A stretch of 64,000 nt of DNA, taken from Verrucomicrobiota bacterium (lineage in GTDB: Bacteria; Verrucomicrobiota; Verrucomicrobiia; Verrucomicrobiales; V1-33). A model generated the notes under the pieces. That model had not been told where the DNA came from. It saw nothing but the letters and a program-made list of their open reading frames with translations, and did not search any database. Both the position numbers and the translations under genes were made by a program. The stretch is taken from contig JAZKDC010000027.1 in the NCBI GenBank assembly GCA_040387795.1, positions 85,845 to 149,844 of the forward strand. Reading direction: 5' to 3'. This document shows, piece after piece, positions 36,662 through 48,400 of this stretch (position 1 is its first letter; each line of letters opens with the position of its first letter).

Positions 36662-39600
36662 ATGTCCAGAAAATTTCCGTTCAATTTTGCTGCCCGCTGG
36701 ATCGGTCTGTCTTTGGCCTCGTGCTTGGGGGGCCCTTTTCAGGCAGCGGCCGCCCCCATCATCACCGAATTCATGGCCTCAAACGAGGGAACCCTGCTCG
36801 ACGAGGATGGCGAATCCCCGGACTGGCTGGAAATTTACAATCCCGACGCCACCGTTGCAGACCTCTCGGGCTGGCACCTCACCGACAACGCCGCCAATCC
36901 GACCAAATGGACTTTTCCCGCCGGCGTGTCGCTGGGCCCCCGTGAATTCCTCGTGGTCTGGGCCTCCAGCAAAAACCGCACGACCGATCCTGCGAAACTA
37001 CACACGAATTTTTCCCTCAATGCGGATGGGGAATACCTTGCCCTCGTCGCTCCGGATGGAGCCACGCGGCCGGGCGAATTCGCCCCAACCTTCCCCTCGC
37101 AGGAGCCCGACGAATCCTTCGGAGTGCCGTTTTCCACCACAAACCTTCTGTCCGCGGGCGCAGCGTCCAGCGCGCTGGTGCCTCCGGATGGCTCGCTCGG
37201 GCAAAGTTGGACCCAGCCCGGCTTCGTGCCTGGGGCGGGCTGGATCCACGGCCCGACCCATCTGGGATTCGGCGTGCCGACGCCGGGCTTCTTCATTGAG
37301 GAAAAACTCTCCCCGACCGCCCTCACTTCCATCAGCACCGCGGAGACGCTCCTCAACAATATCAGTGCCCTTGGCCTGCTCACTGGCGTGACCCCCGCGG
37401 TCAATTTCACCGGAGACACCGGAGGGGACGGCCGCTTTGGCGACGGTCTCCCGGTCCTGCACGGGGGAGATCAGTCGAATTTCGCCATGCGGGCAACCGC
37501 CACCCTGGTGATCCCGACGGGGGGCGCGTGGACCTTTTGCGTGAACTCGGATGAAGGGTTCCGGCTGCTCATCGACAACATTTCGGTCTCTTCAGTCGCA
37601 GGCCTGCGGGCGCCGGCCGATTCGCTGGTCACCCGCAGCCTGACCGCGGGCAACCACACCATTGTGCTGACCTATTTTGAGAATACGGGAGGCGATGAAG
37701 TCGAGCTGTCCGCCGCCCAGGGCACCCACACCAGTTTTTCCAGTCTTTTCAAGCTGGTCGGGGACACCGCCAACGGCGGACTGCCCGTCCTCACCCCCAC
37801 TGGCAGCGGGCAACCCATCGTCGCCACCGATCTGGGCGCGGTCATGATGAACGTCAATGCTTCCGCCTACCTGCGGGTCCCCTTCACCGTAGCCAATCCG
37901 GCCGGGCTGGACACCCTGGACCTCACGATGACCTACAACGATGGTTTCATCGCTTATCTGAATGGCACGGAAGTGGCACGGCAAAACGCCCCGGCGGCCG
38001 CGGGCTTCAATGCCGCCGCCACGGCCGCGCGCCCGATCCTGACTTCCCTGCAGCCCGTCCGGATCAGCCTGTCGGAATTCCTGCCGGCCCTTCCCGCCGG
38101 CACCAACCTCCTGGCGATTCATGGGCTGAACACCAGCGCCGCCGACAATTCCTTTCTGGTAGCTCCGCAAATCAGCGCCAGCATCCGGCTGCCGGGCCCG
38201 GACCGGTATTTCCGGAAGGCCACCCCCGGCAGCCCTAACACCACCTCCGGTTTTCTTGGCCATGTGGGGGATACCAGCTTCTCTCCCAGGCGCGGCGTCT
38301 ACACCGCCCCGGTTTCCGTCGCCATCACCACCGCCACCAGTGGCGCGACCATCCGATACACCACCAACGGCAGTACGCCCACAGAGTTGAACGGCACCAT
38401 CTACCAAGGTCCCATCCTCGTGGACAAGACCATGGTGCTGCGGGCGGCAGCGTTCCGTGACGGCTACGAACCGACCAACGTGGACACCCATACCTATCTT
38501 TTCTTCAACGACGTGATGCTCCAGGGCGGACCGGTCTCGCCGTTCCACGCCAAGCCGGGTCCGGAATGGCCCAACCATGGGACCATCGGCGGGCAGATCA
38601 TCGACTATGGGATGGACCGGACCATCGTGAACCACACCAACGCCACTCTGGGCGGTCAAGCCGCGTTGAGCACGGCGCTCGCGGCCCTGCCCTCAGTTTG
38701 CCTGACCACCGATGTGCCCAACCTTTTCCACACCACCACGGGCATCTACACCCACGCCTCCAGCCATGGATCCACCTGGGAGCGTCCCGCCTCCGTGGAA
38801 ATGATCGGCGATCCCAACACTCCGGAAGGCGGATTCCACTCAAGCTGCGGCATCCGGATCCGGGGCGGTTACAGCCGCTCCGGAGACAATCCCAAACACT
38901 CCTTCCGCGTCTTCTTCCGCAGCAACTACGGCCCCTCCAAGCTGGAATACCCGATCTATGGCACCGCTGGCGCCAGCGAGTTCGACACCTTCGATATCCA
39001 ATGCTCGCAGAACTATTCATGGTCCTTTGGCGGTGATGCCTCCCACAATGCCCTGCGGGAAATCTGGAGCCGGGACACCCAGTTGGCGGTGGGACAACTC
39101 GCCTCCCACGGACGGTTCGTGCACCTGTATCTGAATGGCGTCTATTGGGGCCTGTATCAAATCGAGGAACGCAAGGAAGCGGCCTTCGGGGCCACTTATC
39201 TCGGAGGCAGCAAGGACGACTATGACGTCATCAAACATACCGGCAGCTCGGGCGGCTACACCACGGAGGCGACGGATGGGGATTTTGTCACTACCACGGC
39301 GGGCACGGACAGTGCCTGGAAAAAACTCTGGACCGCCTCCCGCGCCGCTTATTTCATCAACAAAGACAAGAACCCGGCCAATCCCGCGACGTCCCTGGTC
39401 TCCACCCCGGAGCAGAAATTGGCGGCCTACTACAAGCTGGCCGGCCTGCAGGCGGACGGCAAGACCCCGACCGGTGGCCCGGCCCTCCTTGATATCGGCA
39501 ATTTGATCGACTACATCATCATCCTGTTCTTCACCAAAAACACGGACTCCGGCATCTCCGCCTTCCTCAGCAACGCCCAGCCCAACAACTTCTACGCGCT

Positions 39601-41833
39601 CCGCGACCGGACCGGCAACCTCGGATTTATGTCCTTGCTTCACGATGCCGAGCATTCGCTGAACGCAGGTTCCGCCGGGGACCGCTGGGGGCCATGGCAG
39701 ACCGACACCAGTTCCTTCTGGAACGGTATCAACTACAGCAACCCGCAGTACTTCCACCAGGACCTGACCGCCAGCCCCGAATACAGGCTGCGCTTTGCTG
39801 ACCACCTTTACCGGCATTTTTTCAACAACGGCCCGATGACCGCCGCCAACAACCAGGCCAGACTCGACCTCCGCTCCCGTCAGGTCGAACCAGCCATCAT
39901 CGCTGAATCCGCCCGCTGGGGGGATGCCAAAACCTCTCCGGCACGCAACGCCTCCAACTGGCGCACCGCCCGGACCGACACCCGCAATTGGTTCACCAAC
40001 CGCAGCACCCAATTCATCTCCGAAGCCCGCACGCGCGGCTTCTATCCAACAATTGAACCACCCGCTTTCAACCAGCGCGGCGGTGCAGTGCCTCCCGGCT
40101 TCAATGTGATCCTCACAAATCCAAACGCTGCGGGCGGCACGATTTATTACACCACGGACGGCTCGGATCCACGGATGGCCGGGGGTGGCTTTACCCCATC
40201 AGTCCTCATCCCTGAATTCTCCAACGCCTCCTACTTCGTGCCGTCTGAGACCAACGGCGGCAGCACCATGGCCATCGCCTCGTGGACCGGTCCCGCGGCA
40301 CCGTCCAACGAGGCCAGTTGGCTCAGCGGACAGATGGGGTTCGGATTCAATCCCATCAACCGGCCGGCCACCACCAACTTCACCCCCTTCATCAAAACCA
40401 ACGTCCTCCAGGCCATGCAACCCTCCGGAGGCACTCCCAACGGCACCCTCTACGTCCGGCTGCCCTTCACCCTGGCTCAGACCCAAATCGATTCGTTTGA
40501 ATCGTTCCGCCTGCGCGTCCGTTATGACGATGCCTTCATCGCTTACCTGAATGGCCAGGAAATCGTCCGGAAAACCGTCAATGCTGGTTTCGTGCCCCTG
40601 TGGAACTCCTCCAGCCTCGTGAGCCACGCTGACACCGCGGGAGTGATCGAGGAGGAAATCCTGGTCCCCAACTTCAAAAACCGTCTCGTGGCGGGGTCCA
40701 ACCTCCTCGCTTTCCATGTGATGAACCAGTCGGCCACGGAGACCGACCTTCTTTTCAGTCCCCAGGTCCTGGCAGACTCCTTCACGGGCACCTCCGGAAA
40801 GGTCTACACCGGCCCCATCACCCTGACAGCCGGGGCCGTTATCAAGTCGCGCGTCCTCACCGGCATGACCTGGTCGGCGCTTCAGGAGGCCACCTTCTAT
40901 ACCGACACCGTTCCCGCCAGCGCCGCCAATCTGGTGGTCTCGGAGTTTTCCTATAACCCATCCGGCCCGCAGACCGCCGGTGAATCAGCCTACGCCTCCA
41001 GTGACTTTGAGTTCATTGAACTGCAAAATATCAGCCAAGCCCGGGTGGACCTCTTCAATGTGGTCCTCGGCGGAGCCGTGAGCCGGGTGCTTGGCACCTC
41101 CGTCCAGCAATGGGTGCTGGAGCCGGGCGGCCGCCTCATCGTCGCCGCCAACCCCGCCGCTTTCACCCAGCGCTACGGACTCCTGCAGCCTGTGATGGGA
41201 CCCTTCGACGGCAGCATGGATAATTCCGGGGAAACCATCCGCATCACTGCCGCCAACGGTTTGGTGATCAAAGAGTTCTCCTACGCATCCACCGGCCCGT
41301 GGCCCAAAGCCGCGGATGGGGATGGCTTCTCCCTCGTCCTGCTGAATCCCACGGCCAATCCCCCGCACGGCGATCCCGCCAGCTGGCGTTCCAGCGCGGC
41401 CCAACATGGCAATCCTGCCGCGCCCAAGGGCACCACCTACACCGCATGGAAAGCTCTTGAAGGGGATCCGGGAGACGAAGCGGACCCGGATAGCGACGGC
41501 CTCAACACCTTTGTCGAATACGCCCTCGGGGGAAGACCTGCCCTGCCCGATCCGCAGGCCCTGCCCGTGGCGGGAATCGCTTCCTTCACCGTGGGTGGAA
41601 CCACCGCCGACTACCTGACCCTCACCTTCCGCCGCCGGCTCATGGCAGACGACATCGTCTACGGCGTGGAATCCTCATCGGATCTGTCCAGCGGGAATTG
41701 GACCGCGGGCGGGGTCACTCCAGCCAGTGAAACCAATCACGGGGATGGCACCGCTACCATGGTGCTGCGCTCCCTCCAGCCTTTCACCAGCGCCCAGCGC
41801 CTTTATCTCCGCCTGCGGCTCACCACCAGATGA
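36662..41833 (+). CDS. Giant secreted multidomain protein (1723 aa): lamin-tail domain, PA14-like domain, chitobiase-type Ig, CotH kinase-like domain, second lamin-tail domain, and a C-terminal D-x-D-x-DG module.
   Basis: Signal peptide MSRKFPFNFAARWIGLSLASCLGG. The LTD has IITEFMASN...DWLEIYNP...LSGWHLTD...REFLVVWAS. The CotH region has WERPASVEMI...HSFRVFF...VHLYLNGVYWGLYQIEERKE. The second LTD has VVSEFSYNP...DFEFIELQN...RLIVAAN. The C-terminus has DPDSDGLNTFVEYALGG. Confidence 0.8.
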   Translation: MSRKFPFNFAARWIGLSLASCLGGPFQAAAAPIITEFMASNEGTLLDEDGESPDWLEIYNPDATVADLSGWHLTDNAANPTKWTFPAGVSLGPREFLVVWASSKNRTTDPAKLHTNFSLNADGEYLALVAPDGATRPGEFAPTFPSQEPDESFGVPFSTTNLLSAGAASSALVPPDGSLGQSWTQPGFVPGAGWIHGPTHLGFGVPTPGFFIEEKLSPTALTSISTAETLLNNISALGLLTGVTPAVNFTGDTGGDGRFGDGLPVLHGGDQSNFAMRATATLVIPTGGAWTFCVNSDEGFRLLIDNISVSSVAGLRAPADSLVTRSLTAGNHTIVLTYFENTGGDEVELSAAQGTHTSFSSLFKLVGDTANGGLPVLTPTGSGQPIVATDLGAVMMNVNASAYLRVPFTVANPAGLDTLDLTMTYNDGFIAYLNGTEVARQNAPAAAGFNAAATAARPILTSLQPVRISLSEFLPALPAGTNLLAIHGLNTSAADNSFLVAPQISASIRLPGPDRYFRKATPGSPNTTSGFLGHVGDTSFSPRRGVYTAPVSVAITTATSGATIRYTTNGSTPTELNGTIYQGPILVDKTMVLRAAAFRDGYEPTNVDTHTYLFFNDVMLQGGPVSPFHAKPGPEWPNHGTIGGQIIDYGMDRTIVNHTNATLGGQAALSTALAALPSVCLTTDVPNLFHTTTGIYTHASSHGSTWERPASVEMIGDPNTPEGGFHSSCGIRIRGGYSRSGDNPKHSFRVFFRSNYGPSKLEYPIYGTAGASEFDTFDIQCSQNYSWSFGGDASHNALREIWSRDTQLAVGQLASHGRFVHLYLNGVYWGLYQIEERKEAAFGATYLGGSKDDYDVIKHTGSSGGYTTEATDGDFVTTTAGTDSAWKKLWTASRAAYFINKDKNPANPATSLVSTPEQKLAAYYKLAGLQADGKTPTGGPALLDIGNLIDYIIILFFTKNTDSGISAFLSNAQPNNFYALRDRTGNLGFMSLLHDAEHSLNAGSAGDRWGPWQTDTSSFWNGINYSNPQYFHQDLTASPEYRLRFADHLYRHFFNNGPMTAANNQARLDLRSRQVEPAIIAESARWGDAKTSPARNASNWRTARTDTRNWFTNRSTQFISEARTRGFYPTIEPPAFNQRGGAVPPGFNVILTNPNAAGGTIYYTTDGSDPRMAGGGFTPSVLIPEFSNASYFVPSETNGGSTMAIASWTGPAAPSNEASWLSGQMGFGFNPINRPATTNFTPFIKTNVLQAMQPSGGTPNGTLYVRLPFTLAQTQIDSFESFRLRVRYDDAFIAYLNGQEIVRKTVNAGFVPLWNSSSLVSHADTAGVIEEEILVPNFKNRLVAGSNLLAFHVMNQSATETDLLFSPQVLADSFTGTSGKVYTGPITLTAGAVIKSRVLTGMTWSALQEATFYTDTVPASAANLVVSEFSYNPSGPQTAGESAYASSDFEFIELQNISQARVDLFNVVLGGAVSRVLGTSVQQWVLEPGGRLIVAANPAAFTQRYGLLQPVMGPFDGSMDNSGETIRITAANGLVIKEFSYASTGPWPKAADGDGFSLVLLNPTANPPHGDPASWRSSAAQHGNPAAPKGTTYTAWKALEGDPGDEADPDSDGLNTFVEYALGGRPALPDPQALPVAGIASFTVGGTTADYLTLTFRRRLMADDIVYGVESSSDLSSGNWTAGGVTPASETNHGDGTATMVLRSLQPFTSAQRLYLRLRLTTR

Positions 41834-42171
41834 CCCTTCCGGCTCCAGCGGGGGGATCATGGCAAGCCAAAGTTCAGCCTCAGACACCCTGAGCTGCCGG
41901 GAAAGAGCCTGACCTCAGCGGGATGTATTTCAGCCCCGGGGAGGGGCCCGGATAGCAAGTTTCGGTATTTTTAAGTTATTTGCACAGGGCGGTGACGGCG
42001 CCGTCAGGGCCGGGGTTGGCCTGGCAGTGCCGTTCAACGCCAAGGTGACCGTTGGTGCGGTCGGGGTGCGGTTGATGCTGGTATCGATGAGGCCGCGCAC
42101 GAAGCTGAAGGCGTCGTCAGCCGCCGGATTCACCCCCCGCTTGCACCTCCCCTGATCCGTGGCCATTTGGC

Positions 42172-43599
42172 GTGATGAGTTTCATCCCCAACGTCCTCGC
42201 TGAACGCTACGCCTCGCCCGCCATCACCGGCATCTGGTCCCCGGAAGGGAAAGTCCGCCTCGAACGCGAGCTTTGGATCGCGGTGATGAAGGCCCAGCGG
42301 GAACTAGGCCTCGATATCCCGGCCGACGCCATCGCTGATTACCAGCGCGTCCGCGACAGCATCGACATCGCCGCCATCATGCGCCGCGAGCGGGCCACCC
42401 GCCACGATGTCAAAGCGCGGATCGATGAATTCTGCGAACTGGCCGGCCATGAGCACATCCACAAAGGCATGACCAGCCGTGACCTCACGGAAAATGTCGA
42501 GCAGCTCCAGATCTTCCGGTCCCTCCACGTCATCCTTGTCAAAGGCGTCGCCACCTTGAACGCCCTTACAGACCGCGCCCGGGAAAACAAGGACATCATC
42601 CTGACCGCCCGCACCCATAACGTCGCTGCCCAGCCCACCACGCTGGGCAAACGTCTCGCCATGTTTGCCGAGGAATTGATCGGCAGCCTCACCAGTCTGG
42701 AGCAACTGCTCCACAGCTACCCGGTCCGCGGGCTCAAAGGCGCCACCGGCACCCAGTTGGACCAGATCAATCTGTTCGGCGGCGACCTCGCCAAAGTCGC
42801 CTCCCTAGAAAACAAAGTCGCCCACCACCTCGGCCTGCCTTCCGCTTTCACTGCCGTCGGACAGGTGTATCCCCGCAGCCTCGACGCCCGCGTCGTCTGT
42901 GCCCTCTGCGATCTCGCCAGCGGCCCCTCCAGCTTCGCCAAAACAATGCGTCTCATGGCCGGACATGAATTGGCCAGTGAAGGATTCGCTCCGGGCCAGA
43001 CCGGCTCCAGTGCCATGCCCCACAAGATGAACAGCCGCTCCTGCGAACGCATCAACGGCTTCCACACCATCCTGAAAGGGCACGTCACCATGGCCCACGG
43101 TCTCGCCGGCGACCAATGGAACGAAGGCGATGTCTCGTGCTCCGTGGTCCGGCGCATCGTCCTGCCGGACGCCTTCTTCGCCATCGACGGCGTGCTGGAA
43201 ACCACCCTCACGGTGCTCAAGCAGATGGAAGTCTTCCCCGCCGTGATCGCCCGCGAAACCGAGCGTTACCTGCCCTTCCTGCTGACCACCACCTTCCTCA
43301 TGGAAGCCGTCAAAGCCGGGGTCGGCCGCGAAACCGCGCACGAAGCCATCAAGGAGCATGCCGTCGCCACCGTGCGCGATCTCCGCGACGGCAAAACCAC
43401 CGTCAACAATCTGCTCGACCGCCTCGCCCAGGACAGCCGTCTGAAAACCACGCGCGCCCGCCTCGACGAACTCTTCGAAGCCGGCTCCCACAAAACCGGA
43501 GCTGCCGCTGCCCAGGTCGAAGCCATCGCCGCCACCGCCGCCGCCTGGCTCAAGAAATACCCTGCAGCCGCCAAAGTGCAGCCGGGCGAGATTTTGTAA
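42172..43599 (+). CDS. purB: Adenylosuccinate lyase.
   Basis: It carries the fumarate-lyase signature GSSAMPHKMN and the typical PurB N-terminus (RYASPAITGIWSPEGKVRLEREL...). The length is 475 aa. Confidence 0.9.
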   Translation: MMSFIPNVLAERYASPAITGIWSPEGKVRLERELWIAVMKAQRELGLDIPADAIADYQRVRDSIDIAAIMRRERATRHDVKARIDEFCELAGHEHIHKGMTSRDLTENVEQLQIFRSLHVILVKGVATLNALTDRARENKDIILTARTHNVAAQPTTLGKRLAMFAEELIGSLTSLEQLLHSYPVRGLKGATGTQLDQINLFGGDLAKVASLENKVAHHLGLPSAFTAVGQVYPRSLDARVVCALCDLASGPSSFAKTMRLMAGHELASEGFAPGQTGSSAMPHKMNSRSCERINGFHTILKGHVTMAHGLAGDQWNEGDVSCSVVRRIVLPDAFFAIDGVLETTLTVLKQMEVFPAVIARETERYLPFLLTTTFLMEAVKAGVGRETAHEAIKEHAVATVRDLRDGKTTVNNLLDRLAQDSRLKTTRARLDELFEAGSHKTGAAAAQVEAIAATAAAWLKKYPAAAKVQPGEIL

Positions 43600-43763
43600 G
43601 GGCCGGTTCCTGTATGGAATTTCCTTGATGGCGAAGGGTCCTACCACGATCCCCATCCCCTCGGCGCCTCGAGTGATTTATGTCGGCTGGGGTCGGTTCC
43701 CGTCCTCCCGCTCTGATTACAAATTTTTCTCGACCCCTCACGGAAATACGGACAGATTTCCCC

Positions 43764-45367
43764 ATGCTGTCCCCCCTCGCCCAGCGTCGCGCCACCCTTC
43801 TCCTGATCGGGGCGGGTCTGTATGGGTTCGGCTGGTGGCATCATCACCTGCTGCACCCCGGGGTTCCCGTGCCTCAGGCCGCGCCTAACACTTTTCAGGC
43901 CGGGGCCCGTCCCCGCCTCCCCGCTCCTGCAGCGGAGGCGTTTGCCGGATTGCCGGAAAAGCTCCCGCGGGGGCAGCAACTTCCCGACATCGCCTCCAAG
44001 GCAGAGCGCGATCCCGGAGCTGCCTTCCGCGCGCTCATGGCCGACCCCCTCCTGCAGACCGCCGACAATGCCCGCGCCCTCTTCCTTGTCCTTGGCAAAA
44101 ACGATCCCGCCGAGGGCTTTACCCTGCTCTCTCAAATTCCCGCAGTCCCATGGAAGCGGGACGCCATTCGGGGCCTGGCCACCGGTTGGACCCAACGCGA
44201 TCCCTCTGCCGCCGCCGCGGCCGGCCTTGCCTTGCCCTCCGGGGTGCCCCGGGCGGATTTTCTCGCTGCTACCTTCGCTCAGTGGATCCTCCAGGACCTC
44301 ACCGCAGCCACCAAGTGGGTGTCCTCCCTCCCCAGGAATCACGCAGCGCGATCATTTCCAAACTGGAAGCTTTCGAAGTCCAAGTCCGGAACGCAGAGGA
44401 AATGGCCGCTCTTCTGGCCTTGGCTCCGGATATTTCATCGAACGCCGTGCTCACCAATCCTTTCTACCGCTGGGCGGAAAGCACTCCGGATGCCGCCTTG
44501 GAATGGGTTTTGACACTCCCGCCGGATGAGGAAGGCGAGGTCTATGCTTCCCAATTTCTTTCCTTGGCCTTGCGGCAGCTGGCATCGGATCCCGCCCGGG
44601 TTCTCCCCCTGCTCCAACAATTAGAGGATCCCACAGCACGCGAAAGCCTGGTCTCCTCAGCGGGTGCCGCCTGGGCTGGACGTGATCCTGCGGCCGCATG
44701 GACATGGGCTGAACAACTGACCGATCCGGACCTCCGCGAAAGCTTTGAAGCCAGTCTGGCTTCAGAGTGGGCCCGCCTTGATGCCGATACTGCCATCCCG
44801 TGGCTTTGGAAAAATAAAACCTCTGCCATCGGGAACCTGGATTCGGAAAACCTGCGCGTTTGGGACTCGGCGAGCCCGGAGACCGCACTGGAAATGATCC
44901 GCAACTTCCCGCCAGACCTCTCCAGCAACGAAGTGGCCGGCGGTCTCATGGCCGGAATCGCCCCGACAAAACCGGTGGAAACCCTCAGCCATTTGGATCT
45001 GATCAAGGAGAGTGATCACCGGGCTTACGTGATTTCCTGTTCCCTTGCGAGGTGGAGCCGCAGCGACATTACCGCAGCCTCCGCCTACACCGACGCCCTG
45101 CCGCCTGGCAAGGACCGCCAATCCGCCATCAAGGGCATCCTCGGTGCCGCCTTTGAACAGGAGCCTGAAAGCGCCCTGACATGGGCCGTGACCTTGGAGG
45201 ATCCGGAAAGAAAAAACGAGGAAATCAGCCGGTATTTTCAAAAGTGGCAGAAAACCAACCCTTCTGCCGCCCACGCATGGCTATCCGGGGCGGCGCTGGA
45301 TGATGACCTGAGACACAAACTCGCATCCTACCCACCCCAAGGCGGTGGGACCGGCGGCAACGAATGA
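43764..45367 (+). pseudogene. Membrane-anchored repeat protein gene interrupted by a -1 frame change near 44332-44335 (a C4 homopolymer). It may instead be intact with a sequencing error.
   Basis: Track ORFs 43680..44513 (frame 0) and 44150..45367 (frame 2) both encode the same ~30-aa repeat family (DP.AA..W...LP.../TPDAALEWVLTLPPDEE). Protein-like sequence switches frame between KWVSSLP (frame 0, ends ~44336) and QESRSAIISKLEAFEV (frame 2). One extra C in ctcccc would join them. The N-terminus has a TM helix RRATLLLIGAGLYGFGWW. Confidence 0.5.
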
Positions 45368-45425
45368 TTTCCTGACCGGGTTCCGGCAGAAAGCCTGACC
45401 AACCCAAACAGTTAGGCGGACGGAT

Positions 45426-48400
45426 TCAGGGCTGGGTGACCATGACGCGGAAGAAGCGCGGCAGTTGGGGCGTGGCGGGGCTGGCTGGCATTTCCCAATG
45501 GGTCGAGGCCTGCCCATCTGCTCCGAAGCGGATGCCCTGATTCACCGGCGCGGGCACCGCGGCGGCCCAGCTGCTGAGGTTGGTGCTGCTTTGAATGTCC
45601 ACCCGGTATCCGTCGGCATTCAGCCCGACCGGGATTTCGAAGCGGAGCACCGGGGAGAAACCTGGCACCGGAGGATCGGCGGAAACCGTCAGGGCCCGGC
45701 TGGAGCCCGCGTCCGCCGGATTGGTTCCGAAGGCATATTCAGCGAGATTGGGCACCCCATCCCCGTCATCATCCGCATCCGCCACGAGGGTAAACGGCAG
45801 GCTGCCTGCCGTTCCAGGGTCGCCTCCTGACGAGGGACCCGGCCGCCAGTTGGAACCCAGGGAAGGTTCCGGCGCCGGCTGCAGGGCGGCATTGGTCAGG
45901 ATGATGCTGCGGCCCCCCTCGTTGATGAGCGGCCAGGGCGATTGTTCGTCATAGGCAAAACTCCACAGCGTGGCCCCGTTGCCATCCAGCAGGGTGATCA
46001 TTTCACCAGCGTTATTCAGGTTTCCCGTGAAGGCACCGGCGACCCGGGCCCCGTTCCCATAACGGGCGCGGAAGGCACTGAGTTTGCCGCAGACGATCAC
46101 CCTTCCGCCCGGCAAAAGCGTCAGAGCGGCGGCATCGCCATTGGTGAAGTTGAACTCCTGCACCGCTCCGCTGAGCCTCACCCCCGTGAGATCCAGGGGG
46201 GTGGCACCTGTATTCAGGAGCTCGATGAACTCAAAATCGCTGGCCTCGATGGCGCCGGCCGTGATCTCCGCCGCGGTGGGCGGCAGCGGCGCATAATTGA
46301 TCTCGGAAACCACCAGCGTCGCCCGGGTGGGTGGTTCGGCGGCGACAATGTAATTGGAACTCGCCAAGGGTCCCCAGAGCCCGGTTCCTGGCACAAAAAG
46401 CCGGGCCTTCACCACCGCAGACGAGGAAAGAACCAGCGGGGAACTATAGACCGGCGAGGTGATAGCGGGCGCATTGAGGCCCGTCGGTTTCACCCCCAGA
46501 CTGCCGGTGAGGCTTGGCACGCAGAGCAGATCCGTATCTGCCGCAGTCTTGTTGAGGGCGAGGACCGCCAGAATGTTAGTTCCAGTTTGCAGATTGCCCA
46601 GCACGTGGGAGATATCGACGGTGACACCGGTGACTCCCAGAGTATCCGTGAAGGTCCCGGGCGTGGCATCCGCCGTGGCATTCCACACCGCCGGGCTGGC
46701 CGGAAGGATGTTCTGCCGGGCCGCTTCGACACCATTCACAAACAGCACAAACCCATCGTCATACCGGACCTTGGCCTTGAGGCTGACCAGCCGGTTCCGC
46801 TGATCCTCCGTGACCGTGAACGGCACCCGCACCATCAGGGCGGAGTTGTTGTCCAGCAGGGCGGTTTGCACGTTGCCCGTTCCCCCTGTCCAAGTGTTGT
46901 CATTCAGGTGCGCCCCACCGACATGATAGAGCGTCGGGTTGGTGGTCGAGGAGACCCCGGTGTCGAATCCAAAACCCAGCTGGCCCGCGGTCCACGATGC
47001 GGCATTGGGAGGATCGGTGATCCCGGTCCAGTCGGTGAGGGCGAGGGTGGAGCCGCCATTGGCCACCGTCGGAACAAACCAGCTGCCCTGGCCATATTCG
47101 GTCAGGAAAGTCATACTCTGCACCGCCCCGGGCAGGCCATACCCGGATGGCCGCGGATCGGTGCCATCGGTCGTATAACGGATCTCCGCATCGGGAAACC
47201 GGAAGCCGGGCTGCACCTGGCTGAAAGGCGCTAGGGAGACCTGCACGGAATTGTTGCCGGCATTGACACTGGTCAGGACCGGCGGGCGCATTGCCGTGCT
47301 CCCGAGGAGGAATTGGTTGTCGGCCCACGCCAACCGGTCGGTGATCCACTGCTTCAGATGGGCCACTTCTGCCTGGAAGGTGGTGCGGGTGCTGGCATCG
47401 GCCGGATTGGGCCAATGGCGGATGCCCAGCAGGGCATGCCGGCGGAACTGCCGCATCGCCGGGCTTTGCGCACTCAAGGGAGTGGAACTGGTCACAGGCG
47501 TGGGATTGCCGTCGCGCAGGAGTTCGGACACCGCCTCGATCCGCGCCTGGATGGCGGCAGTGCTCCATACGGAATTCCGCAACTGCCAGTAGCGGTCGAA
47601 CGTGGCCACGCGGTAGTTGGGGTCCCGGTGCAGCTGTGGGAACCACAGGCTTCCATTCAGCGGGGCCACCCGGGAGGCGTCATAATCCCAGCCGGTGGGG
47701 AATTCCCCTTCGGCGTAGTCGGCATTCCCGAGGGAGATGTTGAAATCCCAGAGCGGTCCCGCCTTCATTTTGCCTCCGCGGTCCTTGTGAAAGTAAGTGC
47801 TGAAGACATAACCATCGATCTGCTTGGAGATCTCCACCGCCCACTGCCAGTCGATGAAGCTGGGCACGTCGATCCACTTGGCATAACCCGTGGCAGGATT
47901 GGTGGAGGAAGCCCCGTAGAGCGCAGTTTCAAAGGAGTTGATATACCCCTGGAGATAATTCCGCTGGCCCGTGGATAACGCTTCGGGATCAGCGCTCTGG
48001 ATGGAGATCCCCTGGCTGGCGGTGGTCCATGCCGTGGACCCAGGGCTGGCCTTGTCCTTTTTAAAGATGTAGCCGCCCTGGATCAGCAGAGGGTCGGTCA
48101 CGAGCGGATTGGTTTTCTCCAGGCCAAGCCGGCTGGAGGAACTCTTGATCTTTTCCACCAGAAGGTAGACCCCACGGTAGTCGGAATAACTGACCGGCTG
48201 ATTGGCTTCCTGATTGAAGAACACTTCCACAAATTTCACCCGCGGCGCGAACCAGTCCTGATGCATCTCCCCGAAGGTCGAATAGACCAGGTAATTCCGC
48301 ATCATGGATTTGTCGGACCAGGGTCCATGCAGCGCCCAGTCCGATTCCGCAGGCAGACCCAGAACCGATTCATCCTTGTCCTGATTTTCGTTGTTCCAGA

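Noticed and set aside
37592-40012. Minus-strand ORFs 37592..38659 and 39017..40012 inside the giant gene.
   Set aside because: They are antisense to the 1723-aa LTD/CotH gene and have Gly/Arg-rich composition.
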